Shown piece by piece: positions 1 through 12,725 of a stretch of 64,000 nt of DNA (its first letter is position 1; the number at the start of each line of letters is the position of its first letter). Made by a program: the position numbers and the translations under genes. This stretch comes from Chlorokybus atmophyticus. Its lineage: Eukaryota; Plantae; Mesostigma and Chlorokybus algae. The notes under the pieces were generated by a model. It was not told the DNA's origin. It was given only the letters and a program-made list of their open reading frames with translations, and did no database searches. The DNA is taken from the NCBI GenBank assembly GCA_009103225.1, contig RHPI01000140.1, positions 1-64,000 of the forward strand, in the 5' to 3' direction.

Positions 1-46
1 CTTGCATGCCAGAGGCGGGAAACTTGGCCGCCAGTCACTGGCTCCG

Positions 47-237
47 TCGTACCATTATAATGGTACGAACGAGCCATTGCACGTCTAGGGTGAGTCTCTG
101 GATATTTTTATATACATATATTCTGATTGAACCGTTTCAATGGTACGAAGATGCCTTTGCCAAAAGGTCTAGGCAATGTACAAAGGTACCATTGAAATGG
201 TACCTTTGTACAATGGCAATGGCAGTTCGTACCATTG
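47..237. repeat. Cluster of GTACCATT/AATGGTAC motifs in alternating orientation, forming two palindromes
   Basis: Perfect 22-bp palindrome at 47-68; 17-bp arms with a 2-nt spacer at 177-212; 12-bp inverted pair at 138-149/226-237. Six copies of the 8-mer in total. Confidence 0.85.
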
Positions 238-2051
238 ACAACTCTGGCAATGTCAGTCCCCCTGCGCATGAAAACACCATTGATAGCTCCGCCAAGCTAT
301 GCCCTTACAGGGGCGTGATGCCGAGGGTATGTGGCGTTTGGAAGATCGTTGGCGGCGCTGCCAGGGGCGTAGTGGGCATTGTGGTCGAGGTCCGGGATGA
401 ATTCCATGTTCGCACAGGGCGGGCAGGGTGCCGGAGGGGTGTCCTCGGTGTCAAACCCCACCAAGACTACCAAGGGCACATCCAATGACAACAGTGACTC
501 GGGCGATATCTTACAGGGCTCCCCCTCCGAGTGGGCAAAGGCACACCACAATACTGCCTCTAAGAAAATCCGACCCACCAGCAGCTGCGACCACGGCGAC
601 ATGATTGAAGGGACCAAACAAGACTGGCATAACCAAGGTGGGTTACGATGCACTGTCAATGCCACATGCTAGGGTTCTTTTATCTTGCACATGCACAGCC
701 TCAAGTATCTTGCACTTGACATACATTGTCAATACGACATGCACACCCTCATGCACAACCTCCAGTGTCATGCACATGAACAGCATGACCAATCTCGCAA
801 ATGCACAGCCTATTTCTACTTGCGGGAGCTCACAAGTCGCAAAAGAGAAGCTGCGGAGTCAAACGAACGGGTAATCTATGACCTAGTTTAATGTTTCCAG
901 CGGTAATTAAGCAGTATGCTTGCAGATTGCCATGTTGGTCAGAGTGAACCAAGAGCAGCGCGGCAGGCTGACTGTCTGCCTGGCGGAGTGCAACAAAGCG
1001 GAAGACGAGGTAAGCGTGTGTATGCTGATGGGCTAGTCCTCTGGCAGCACGCCACTCTTACAGCATTACCAAATGCAGGTGGTCACTCTCAAAGCGACCA
1101 TCAAGCGCATGCGCGTGCACGGCGAGGCGCTGACATTCAAGCTGAAGGACGAAGTAGCCGCTGTACTGTCAGCGAGCGAGGCAGCGGATGAAGATGACTC
1201 CGGCGTTGAAGCAGAAGACTCGTCGGAGGAGGAACAGGAGGAGGGGGTTTGAGGAGGAGTTCTGAGGCAGGCACCACGGGTTGACAAGCTGCGCATGAGT
1301 CAAGCAGCTAGACTCAATATTATAGGATAGTTTCATGCGCAAGTCGGCTGCTCAGTTGTAAGTGGACATACTCTCACCACTGCCCGTACATTGTATATAT
1401 TGTGGGCTTTTAGGTGCAAGACCAAACAATCAGTCCAAGGTTTGTACAAGCTGCATGGCATGTTAGTGTTGGCTTACGGCAAGAATTGCCAACTTTTGTC
1501 AAATGGCAAGGGTCACATATTAACAGCAGTGCAACGGCAAAGAAACTGCCGGCTATTGCTGTCAGCTGTCCGTAACTACCGGTCAACGGCCGTCTGTGCA
1601 CATCGACCAAAGGGTAACTGGTTGACAACTTTCGGCCGGTTAGTGCCACTGACAACCACTTTCGGCCCGCGGCCGTCTACGTCAGTCCACTTAAGCCAAC
1701 GGCAAACCCAACAGTCCAAAAGTAATATTTCAGGCAGGCTCAGGCAGGCTCAGGCACCAGTCAGTCCCTCAGTCCTTAGTCAGTCACCGTGTAAAATTTG
1801 CGACGATCAAACCGTACAACGTGTGCAGTATGGTCATGAGGTGCGGTTCATGTTACGCGACCTGGTCCATTATCGTCCAACATGGAACCATATAATGCAA
1901 TGTGGTGCAACATCGTTTATACATGCTTAAACATCAAATGATATGCATTGATATCAACAACGTTGTGCAAAATCGTACATCATTGCAAAAGTGATGCACA
2001 ATACATGTCACACCACTGCGCAACAGTAACTGGACTTACCGGTTATCAACA

Positions 2052-4547
2052 TTAATCCCCAAACACGGGCGTCATCTCTTCAGGGCGCGGCAAACGCGTC
2101 AACCGTAAATAGGCCCTGTTTGTCACACGTGACAACCCCATATACCACAGTCCAGGAGCAAAAGCTTCTTGCATGTGAACAACAGCAGTTGAATGTAGCG
2201 ATGCACCTTGAGACTTGCACTGTCATTGCGTACGCTAGCTGCAAAGGAAACACAGTTTTGTAGTACATTTTGCGTTGAAATGTTGATGTTTATTGTATTC
2301 GACGCATCCACATGAATTCTACCAAGTGATGAAATGTAACTTGTATACTACTCACATTACCTTTATTATATCCAAACCGCGTCACTGTTCCCAAAGACCC
2401 ATTGGCGATTGCAGGTAATAAGTTGGATTAAGGCTTGTAAATCCAGTTGTACAGTTCGGGCACATTCACTGCATTAAAAGTAATTTGTATTGGCACAATA
2501 GTATCTGCTGCAAAACGTTGTCGCACAATCATATTATTAAAGCCAGTATGTATTGTACATATGAACACAATATGGTTGCATCACTTGATAACTGCAATAA
2601 GTACTCCGAAGTGACCAGACACCAACCTAACGCATCTGCGGTCTCTGTTGAATTGGGTATACCAGAACGAATCATAAATTGAGTAAACAAAGGGTCTGAA
2701 GCACGACGCACTGAAACAGAGAGAACATGTTACCTACTTGATGGCCACCTCTGCGATGCACAAATATGGCATTGTTAATAAACCTGCGATGTGTCTTGGA
2801 CTTTGTGTCCACAAACCGCTGGCAGTTGCTTGTGGTCACCAACCAATACAACGCCAATTGTTTGTAGAAAATGTGGTCCATGAACTTGCTGTCAGCGCAG
2901 CATCACTAAGTCAAACAACCGCAATGTCATCATGGAAAACTCGTCAATAATAAATACTCGACCATGGTGTAGCAGCTGGTATGCATCATTTATAGCAGTT
3001 AAAAAATGGCGTTGCTGACCGTTGACAGGTATTGCGAAGTTGCAATGTACAACTGAAGCTGATGAGCTCAGCCGCAGAGCCGCAGCGCCAATGTTAGCAC
3101 TGAGTAAAACAGGTATCTCAGCAACGCGCAACTTGTGAGTGATGGATTTGGTCAAAAATGTTATGCCTGCTCCTGGACAACTAGATATTACATGTAGACC
3201 AACCGGTGCTGCAATAATACCACTTGCGGTCCGTTTTTGCTGGTTCGCCTACTGATAAATTGTTCACAAATGCAAACTCCGCAACATTCAATGTACCTTG
3301 AAACATAGGAGGTGATACATCTTAGTTCGTTGTCACAGTTGAAGTTGGAGATGCAGGATTGGATGATGTTGCTGTTGGATACTGCGTGGTAGGTTCGAGT
3401 GCAGTTTGGTTGTCTACTGGACCAGCAGCAGCCATAGACAAGGCATCGATTGCATAACCAGTGGTCTGCACCATGGCGTTCATCATATGGTAAATCTTAA
3501 CATCATTATATAGATGACGTTCAGCATAGCGCGTGACGTGGGTCAACAAATTGCGGTTGGTGTTGTTAATGAAACCCCGCAACACACATTCTTCATGGTA
3601 AGTGCGTGATTGGTTGTTTAAAGAAATCAACTAAAGTTCTGAACGAAAAGTAACCCGCTGAAGAAGTAAATTTGAACAAAACCCCTCAATGTTGTGTACG
3701 GGATGGTAATCCGTAAATTTGATAATGCACGAGACAGCTAACTCATAAACGAATGCATTCAATCTGTCTCTTGAAGTACGCACAGTGTTATGTGGAACAA
3801 TGTGTCCATCTCGGTGCATGTACTGTCGAAAGTAGTTGTACATTGTTACTCTTTCCACCTCATCGAGCCTAACACAATAACAATGAATGGGATGCACAAT
3901 TACTGTCCGTGCACAGCTGTTCACTACGCGGAAACGATTATTAAGCAAACGCGTGTTAAGATATGTTACATTGGACGTCCATTGCATGATGGGGATATCC
4001 ATACGTATAAAAGTAGCTTCAGCTGGAGCAATGGGTTTGGACAAGTATATTGTGTTTAACATGTGCAATTAGGTGATAGTCAATCCTTGCAAACTGAGTG
4101 CATTGTCGTTTAATGTAATTATCGACAATGCCACAAGGTTCCATTTTGGTTGTATGTTTGGTTGTACTAAATACTTGCTCTAATGACTGTCAGTGACTTG
4201 CAACACATTGCAATGAGCACCCCACAACAGTAACAGCACTGGATGTTTGGGAACAACATTGCGGTCACAGGTGCGTGGTCTATAATAGTCGTACCTGCGC
4301 GTTTCTGTGTTGAACTAAGGTCGACAATTTGCTTGTACGGGATACGGAAAGACCATGTCGCACTTGTAGTGAAATGCTTTGCATCCATTGCCAACATTAA
4401 AACACTTGTGCATTTGCTTGCGTAAAACATATGCATAAAGGACTCGCAATTTAAAATCAGTTGGTACAATCATTTGCTGATTGCATAGTCAAAATCTTCG
4501 GGGATAAACGCAGTGATTTCATTGCAAACTCGTTGAATATCATTTGG
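2052..4547 (-). pseudogene. RepHel C-terminal part with PIF1-family helicase (stops and frameshifts)
   Basis: Degenerate Walker A (CPGAGITFLTK, ~3150-3180), Walker B IIDEFSMM, NGSLGTV, FPLQLAYAMTV, and motif VI AFAPGLWYMGLSRV. Stop at 2052-2054. Confidence 0.85.
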
Positions 4548-4883
4548 TGTTAAAGGTATTTTATTAGGCGCCTTAGCTAAACTTCTACGATCATCTTCAC
4601 CTTGGGAGTTACGGTTACTTGTCGCTATGGGAGTTATAGTCCACCATGGTCAATATTGACTTTGACCTTTTACTTTGACTTCAACTATGACCATTAACTT
4701 TGACTTTGACCATTGACTAATATTGACTAGTGTTGACTTTAACTAGCGTTGACTAGCTTTGACCAGCACTCACTAGTGTACTATATAAGATACTGTATGT
4801 TGTGCAATACAGTAAGGTCCACTCTGCTCTATTGTCATTGCCACACTTGTGCTTGTCATTGTTGCTACTATACAATCTCAACA
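4548..4883 (+). repeat. Copia family-1 5' LTR
   Basis: Starts TGTTAAAGG and ends TCTCAACA; TATATAA at 4782-4788; followed by PBS GGTTACGTGCCC. Confidence 0.95.
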
Positions 4884-4974
4884 GGTTACGTGCCCACACT
4901 AGCGCTAGCATAGCCAGTACAAGTTTGTGTAGCTTGGGAAGGCGCCGTCTTCGTTGTATGCTAGAAAAGGAAGT

Positions 4975-7900
4975 ATGGCAACCAGCTATGACAAGGTCAA
5001 CATCGAGCTGCTGAACCTCGGCAACTATGGGACATGCAGCATGCGGATGCTACTCATGCACAAAGATCTATGGTCGGCGGTGGATCTCATAGAGCGCCTC
5101 CTTGACAAAAGACGCACCCACAAAGAAGAAGTCCGATCAGGAACTTGCGTCGATAGGATTGAATGTGGTACAGCATCACTTAGCGCTTGTTGCACGTTGC
5201 AAGTCTGCTAGAGAATTGTGGCAAAAGTTCTCTAAGGTTTATAAGGCTAAGAACAATGCTAGGAAGTTGCAGTTGACGAAGCAGATAAATGCTTTGATAA
5301 AGGATGTTTTGACCCTGTCATCAAGTTCATCATCTCACGAGCCAGGCAGCTGTGGGACGACTTGCCATTGAATATGAAATGAAGGAGGTGGAGGTGGTCT
5401 GGGTCATCTTTGCTAGCTTGCCCAAGGAGTTCGAGATGACTGACACCATCATGGAGTCAACCAGTGAGGAGCTCACCCTCGAGACCATCACCCCACGCAT
5501 ACTTCAAGTTGAGCAACGCGCATCCACTTCACGTCAGGACGAGGCTGAAGCTGTGGCATTTGCGGCACAATCCAATCCACGTATCAACAACAAAAACGGT
5601 GGTGGGAAGTTGAAGACGCGTACCTGCCACTATTGCGACAAGAAGGGACACCTGAAGAAGGACTGCCGAAAGTTAAAGCGCGATCAGCAACAGAAATAAA
5701 TTTCTGATCGGCAAGCTGTAGCACTTGCTGCTGGCACCACTGCTATTGAGAGCGCTTGGTTGCTCGATTTTGCGCGCACACAGCATATGACCCCACACAG
5801 ACATGATATCCACGAATATCATGGTCTGAGCGATGCTGCTGGTGTGAAAGTGAGCTTTAGCAACAAGCTGCACTTGCAAGCTGCAGGAGTGGGCACCATT
5901 ATCATATACCATGTGGTGGCGGGCGCTACACACGAAATGGCCCTGAAGGAGGTGATCCACGTGCCAGGATTAGCTTCAAGCCTGTTGTTCGCTCGAAGAG
6001 CTACAAGCGCAGGCGCCAAAGTTGACTTCACTGCTTAAACGTGGCAAGTTAAGGTGAACAACATTGTTGTTGTGGAGGGCACATTGCGACAGAGCTTGTA
6101 CTGCATCATACTGGATCGCCAAGATGCGTTGTCTGCGACAGTCACTGCATCGGACACAGCTCATTATTGGCACCAAAGACTTGGACATTTTGGATGGGAC
6201 AACCTAGCACCGAAGACTGGTAGCGGAGGATATGGCGGAAGGGATCAACATAAAAGCGGAGGACATGAAGGCAGTGCAAGTTGATATACACGAGACGTGC
6301 GTGCTGAGCAACATGCCTAGGCAGCCTTTTCCTACCTCTTCTCGCATCAGTACAGCACACTTGCAGCTCGTGCACATGGATGTGTGCGGTCCCATGCCAG
6401 CGTCCACAGGACGGAGTTGGTACGTTGCCACTTTCTTAGATGACTTCAGCAAACTGTATGCTATCATTCCAGTTGCTGCGAAGTCGGATGTTGCTGCTAT
6501 GGTCAAGAGGACACTCACTCAGCTAGCTACACTAGCAAAGACAAAGTTGTTGGCGTTGAGAAGTGATCGAGGCTTTGAGTACCTCAACCACACCTTGAAC
6601 AACTACCTGGATGAGCACGTCATCAAGCATGAGACTGCTGCACCCTACACCCCTGAGCAAAACGGTGCTGCAGAGCGTCTTAATTGCACGCTTGTGGAGC
6701 GCGTGCGTGCCATGCTTACAAACGCAAAGCTGGACAAAGCTTTGTGGGCTGAGGCGTTTATTATGGCCAACTACATTCGCAATAGGTCACCTACAAGCAA
6801 CAAAGTCAAGACCACGTGGAAGTTGTTCAACGGTGAGAAGCCTGATGTGCCGCACATGCGTGTGTTTGGAGCCAAGGCGTATCCACACATCCCCAAGCTA
6901 TCGAGGACAAAGCTTGAGAATGTGAGGGAGACAGGCATCTTCGTGGGGTACGAGCCAAACTCCAAGGCATACATGATCTTGCTTGAGGATAGCAAGATGA
7001 TCGTGGTTCGAAGGGATGTTGTCTTCAACGAGAAGATGGTGGCGACTTCACCAACAACACCTTCTGCAACCATGGGCATTGACATTGCTGATGAGCCAGA
7101 TGTCATCACCGCACCACTAGGTAATGTGGAGATTGCTGTCGATTCGCCACATCTTGAGGAGGACAAGATTGCACATGTGGATGAGCAGGAGAGGCGCTAC
7201 CCTGTGAGAAACAGAGCGCCACTACAATTTTACCAAAGGTTTCAGGCCATGAGTGCAAAAACCACTGAAGAGAAGGAGCCAAGCACCTACCATGAGGTCA
7301 TTACAGCTTCAAATGCAGAGTTGTGGTGTAAGGCCATGGATGACGAGATTGCTTCGCTTCACGCCAACAAGACTTGGGCAATTGAGCATGTTCCACAAGG
7401 TGTGAAGCCTATACCTGTCAAGTCGGTGTTCAAGATCAAGCATGACGGCAAGGGCAACATTGAGCGCAATAAGGCGCGACTTGTGGCAAAGGGATTCCTT
7501 CAACAGGACGGAGTTGACCACAAGGAGGTATTTGCACCAGCCAGCAAGCACACAACTTTTAGAGCATTACTCGCCAAGGTTGCTGTGGAGGACTTGGAGC
7601 TGCATCACCTAGATGTGAAGACTGCCTTCCTCTATGGAGAGTTGGAGGAACAAATCTTCGTGCAGCAACCTTAAGGGTACAAAGAGGGAGACACAGGCAA
7701 GGCATGCTTGTTATATAAGGCTTTGTATGGGCTTACACAGGCACCACGTGTCTGGCACATTTGACTCAGCAAAGAGCTGGAGAAGATGGGCGTACAACAG
7801 TCTGCAGCAGACCCCGGGCTCTTTATCAGTGAAGACGAACAAGTCTGGTTACTTGTGTATGTTGACGACATTATCCTGGCATCTGTGGATATTGCTGCAA

Positions 7901-8790
7901 TGACCTGAATCAAGATGACACTGCAATCTGCGTTCGCGATTCGCGATCTTGGAGATGCACACTTGTTCCTCGGTATAGTCATCACCAGGAACAGAGATGC
8001 AAAGACCATCAAGATCATAAAGAAGCAGATGGTGCTGGACTGACTCAAGAAGTTCAAGGTATAGGATGCAAAGGGCAAGGCAACACCACTGAGCGTGGGA
8101 GTACAGCTACTGTAGGCACGGGACACTACTTTTGTTCTCGACAAGACTGTCACCCCTACGATGAGCCAGTAGGAAGTCTCATCTACTTGTCCATTGCTAC
8201 AAGACCTGACATCGCGCAAGCCGTGGAAGTCTTGGCGAGGTACATGTCAGCACCCATCATGAAGCACTAGAAGGCGGCAAAAGGAGTTCTTTGCTACCTT
8301 GGCAGCACTGCGAACATGGGTATCATCTTTGAAAAGACGAAAGACATCACATTACATGGCTACTGTGATGCAGACTATGCTGGAGACCTCGACACGAGGA
8401 GGTCTACCACAGGTTACACTTTCTTGATGGGAGGAGGCGTCGTCAATTGGAACAGTTGATTACAACCAACTGTTGCTGCATCCACTACTGAGGCCAAGTA
8501 TATTTGCGGTGAAGGAAGCATTGTGGCTTCGCAAGTTGATCATCGACCTTGGGCATGCAGCGAGCTGTGTCACCATTTTATGTGACAATCAAGGAGCACT
8601 CACGTTTAGCATGCACCCCATCACATCCGCCAGGTCGAAGCATACTGACATGATGCACCATTTGGTGAGAGAGAGAGTTGCACGTGGGGAAGTGGAGTTC
8701 AAGTACTGCAGCACTGAGGACATGCTCGCTGACTGCATGACAAAACCACTACCACCAACCAAGTTCCATACATGCTGCATGGAGCTATGA
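4975..8790 (+). pseudogene. Copia gag-pol (gag, CCHC knuckle, protease, integrase, RT, RNase H) with stops and frameshifts
   Basis: CHYCDKKGHLKKDC knuckle; integrase HMDVCGP..FLDDFSK..LRSDRGFEY..PEQNGAAERLN; RT HLDVKTAFL and YVDDI; RNase H GYCDADYAGDLDTRRSTTGY. The INT-RT-RH order is that of copia. Confidence 0.95.
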
Positions 8791-8818
8791 GTTGAAGGTT
8801 AAGTTGGTCGCGTGCAAG

Positions 8819-9149
8819 TGTTAAAGGTACCTATGTAGGTGGCGCTTTAGCTAAACTTCTACGATCAACTTTCTTCGGGAGTTACGGGAGTTATAGTCAA
8901 CGGCCGTTATGGGAGTTACGGGAGTTACAGTCAACCCGAGTCAACGTTGACTTTGACTTTGACCATTGACTTTGACTTTGACTAATGTTGACTAGTGTTG
9001 ACTTTGACTAGAGTTGACTAGTGTTGACTAGCACTCACTAGTGTACTATATAAGACACTGTCTGTTGCGTAATACAGTAAGATCTGCTCTTCACTTGTTG
9101 GCGCCACATTTGTGCGTGTGCATTGTTGCTATTGTGCAATCTCTCAATA
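8819..9149 (+). repeat. Copia family-1 LTR (middle, divergent subfamily copy)
   Basis: Homologous to 4548-4883 but with a different U3 repeat layout; ends TCTCAATA. Confidence 0.9.
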
Positions 9150-9217
9150 CCACCAACCAAGTTCCAAACTTGTTGCTTGGGGCTCGGAGTTGAAAGCTAA
9201 AGATTCTCGTGTGGGAG

Positions 9218-10023
9218 TGTTAAAGGTACTTTGTTAGGCGTCTTAGCTAAACTTCTACGATCATCTTCACCTTGGGAGTTACGGTCAGTTGTCGTTATTG
9301 GAGTTACAGTCCACTATGGTCAATGTGGACTTTGACCTTGGACTTTAACTTTAACCGTTAACCAATGTTGACTAGTGTTGACTTTGACTAGCGTTGACTA
9401 GTGTTGACTAGCACTCACTAGTGTACTATATAACTCACACGAACTATGTGCAACATACACCTCATGCTGGGGGGTCGCTGTGGGTCCATAGATCGGTGGC
9501 TATGCTCAGCACCCAAGTGCATTACAATACAAACGTACGTAAGTGTATAAATACAGGCTGCTCACAAGTCTGCATCACGGTGCTAGGCTACAACTATGGG
9601 AACTATTTCTTCACATCCGGTGCAAAAGTCACGCGCTTTTGGGGTCTTCTTGACTTGGTGACGGCGCCATTGCTGCTGATGCAGAGGTTGAAGCCTAAGA
9701 AGCCTGTACACTTGCAAAGTAAACCACACTCGCCACCCACGCCAAGGATGGCGCCGCCGTGCTAGGGTTTCAAGCGACTAGGTAAGAAGCTTGAGACTCA
9801 CAACTCACGCCAGGTGAGTGCTTGTGCCCCCAAGTGCCCCAGGCACTAGGGGCACAAAAGTCTCGTAACTCATTAACGAGGTCTCGAGTTCATGGGCGCG
9901 CATTTCATGCGCTTCATAAACTCATATAAGATAGCATATGTTGTGCAATACAGTAAGATCCACGCTGCTCTATTGTCAAAGCCCACTTGTGCTTGTTATT
10001 GTTGCTACTGTGCAACCTCAAAA
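9218..10023 (+). repeat. Copia family-1 3' LTR interrupted at its TATA box by a solo DIRS terminal unit
   Basis: LTR homology runs 9218-9433 and resumes at ~9924 (TATAAGATAGC...) to 10023. Confidence 0.9.
9432..9923 (-). mobile_element. Solo terminal unit (A-M-B, ~490 bp) of the DIRS/PAT-like element
   Basis: Reverse complement is homologous over its full length to 18803-19302 and 39558-40036; begins GAGTT and ends GTGTGAGTT. Confidence 0.9.
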
Positions 10024-10933
10024 TCGGGGTGTAACCACAACATAACATGTACATGCAAAGATCCACGATGTTGTGTTTCATACCTAATCACATAGTGCAT
10101 CACACGTCAAGAATATCCTTTTGCATGCTATATTCCTCAAAGAAGGTGCTGAATCGATGATGAAACAAACGTGCGCACTCCACAGGGGCATCATAATGAT
10201 CGCGCCAACTGAGTTGCGTGGAGACGTTGTGGAGAACATTCTGCAAATCAATGATTTTGGAGGATTTGGAATTAGACACTTCATTTGCAGTCATGGTGAC
10301 AAAGAGATGAGGCATACCCCAATGTTCAACCAAACACAGCAGCTCACTCAACTTTTGGCGATACCAACTCGGAGCTCTAATGATGTCACTAAGGACACAA
10401 AATCCGTGTTTGATGGCATCGTTAATTGTGGCAGTAGGTTGTTATTTGAGGATCTTGTCAATAGCATCCACAGCAACTTCGTGGCACTTTCAGACTGTGA
10501 GCAGTGATCGACGCATTTGGTACATCAACAGCAAATAAGGCTTGTGCAATGTGAAAACTAAGAACGAATGTGTGAGACGAAACTTGACATAATATGACAG
10601 TCTGCTGTACACATTACCATTAAAGAACCTACGATTGTGCGGAAACAATATGGCAAATAGAGCAGACTCACTAGTTAAACCAGGGATGTTGTACGCACCA
10701 TGTATATCCATGTGTATCAAAAGAGGAACACAAGGCTCATGCTGCGACATATGTCCAATGCGCAACATGGTGTCCATTATGACTTCGATTGTGCTGCACG
10801 AAAGAAGTGGCAATAAAGTGGTTAAAACGTATGTGTATGCTGATTCATTAGCAATGTTCAAAGGATTACAATTATGTGCTCGAGACACAATGCTACAACT
10901 AGTAGAGTAACCAACATTGACAATGCCATTCAA
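10024..10933 (-). pseudogene. RepHel N-terminal part with HUH Rep motifs
   Basis: WGMPHLFVTMTANE and DAPVECARLFHHRF (Helitron-like N region), then RYETQHRGSLHVHVMLWLHPD (HUH motif) directly against the copia junction. Confidence 0.85.
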
Positions 10934-12725
10934 ACCAAATGGTTGTTGTCTGCCAAGGTCTGATATGTAATAAGAGAGTGTTGAACGATAATAGCTCGCT
11001 CAACAACTACAGCAACAAGGTGGCATGTTGGCTTTGCTGTGTAAAATTATCCCAAGTAATAAACGGACCATTAATCATAGTTAACTACTGAAATTGGTCA
11101 GAAGTAAAACTGTACGAGTTGTATAAGTCGCGAAGCACCATGGACGTGTTGATAAGGCACAACATCTGCACTGCCATGGGATGTGCCTCCAACAACTGTG
11201 ACAGTACACTGCGCTGTGTAACATAATGTAACTGGAACGCTTCGACCCATGACTACATCAATGGCGTTGGTAGTGATGACTATTACACTTGGTACTAGGG
11301 ACATGAAAAAATTAGCCAAATCATATGGTGCGATAGTGGATACAAATAGTCGATACATCGGACAATAAATAGCAGCAAGATAGTTAAACTGTACATGCCG
11401 CACATAGAACAACATTGCATTTGCATGACAACCTTACATTGTGCATCTTGCCCTTTGGAGAGCATATCATTGCAGTTGTCCCACAAGTTGCAATACTGGG
11501 ACAAATCGCAGTGTTGCTCGTGAGTCATGGCGGATGACATAACATTACCAATTGGAACGCATCAACCGACCTGGCATTTGTCGCCATATAAAAGAACCAT
11601 CTCGACAGAGTCTAGCAATTAGGGATTGCACTGAAGCATAGTCCACATGCACAGTATTTTTAATGTGTTGCACAATAAAGCACATATGTTGCAGTGTGAA
11701 GCACATATGCTGCAATGATGTGCAATGTATGGCGAGCAACCTGCAGTTAAGTGTTACAAAATTTAGTATTTAACGTAACATTCACGCCACGGTACATGAT
11801 AAGATATTCAGCAAGTAATGCCAAGGTTACAACCATCAAAATAATGCTAACCTAAATTAACTTAACGTTAAACTTCAACTTAATGAAAATCCGCATCGTT
11901 AGGCCACCAATTGGTTACATGTAAATTGAATTAAATGGGTAACGTAATAGTGACAACAGCCGTTGCTGAAAAAGGCAGCGAATTGGCCAATCATTGCAAA
12001 GATACATAAAAGATGCTGAAAACTATTTTGGCCGCAATTGCTTGCAGATGGCAACCCAAAATTGTTAGCGGTTCGGTGCAATTGCAGCACAGTCAGTGGT
12101 TGAAACGGCCCCATTGTTGGCGGTACGAGGTCGGGGCAAGCCCCATCCCGTAAAGACATACCGCCACTACTCACCCTCATTCTAACTGATCCACTCGACC
12201 ATTTAACGCTGAATGATTACACGCTATAGTGCTTGCGTCATCAAACATGGTCACCAGCCAAATCAATGCACTTTATGTATTGTAATGCTCCCTACTAGCA
12301 TCGATTGTTTTACACGGAGTGCAATAGTTAATATAAAGACGAAAATTTGCCTCATATGAAACGGTAGACCAAAAGTTTATTACTATGAAAGGGTGTCGCA
12401 ACAACAAGAGTTGTAACGAGTATACTGTACCAGGCTGAATCCTGCTATTACCGTAGTGTTCTGAAATGTTCATAAAAAGTTTTACTTTTTTTATTAAAAA
12501 GTTTTACTTTTTTTATTAAAACCCGCCAACCTATCTATTCTAATGAATTATCGTTTGAATGTACAAGTTGAGCCGCTGGAGAGTCAATTCAAATATTGTA
12601 AAGTGCAATCTTGAAGTTATTATTTTCTTAACGAAGATTTCGTGGCACTACGGTATATATGAAAGCGGCTGCATAGCGACTCGCCATGCAACCATTGTTC
12701 GCGAATAGGTGTCTAATAGAGTGTA

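Larger units (their letters stand above)
4548..10023 (+). mobile_element. Ty1/copia LTR retrotransposon (family 1) with three LTRs, decayed
   Basis: LTR1 4548-4883 (TG..CA), PBS 4884-4895, gag-pol remnants, LTR2 8819-9149, a 68-bp repeat of the internal 3' end with PPT-like GGGAG, and LTR3 9218-10023. Flanks TTTGG/TCGGG are a degenerate 5-bp TSD. Confidence 0.95.
2052..12300 (-). mobile_element. Helitron-like element (degenerate RepHel), interrupted by the copia insertion at 4548-10023; termini not defined
   Basis: Minus-strand Rep and PIF1-helicase motifs in the expected order, with the reading frame continuing across the copia insertion (WLHPD|DIQRVCNEITAFIP). The left coordinate is the ORF stop; the right coordinate is approximate. 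Confidence 0.8.

Noticed and set aside
900-1300. Acidic low-complexity coding-like stretch
   Set aside because: No start, splice structure or recognisable domain could be supported.
2083-2100. GC hairpin as the Helitron 3' terminus
   Set aside because: It lies inside the helicase coding frame, upstream of the stop at 2052, and no CTRR|T end follows.
8880-9030. CRISPR-like or telomeric repeats
   Set aside because: Short GGGAGTTAC/TTGACT units lie within LTRs, with no unique spacers and no telomere array.
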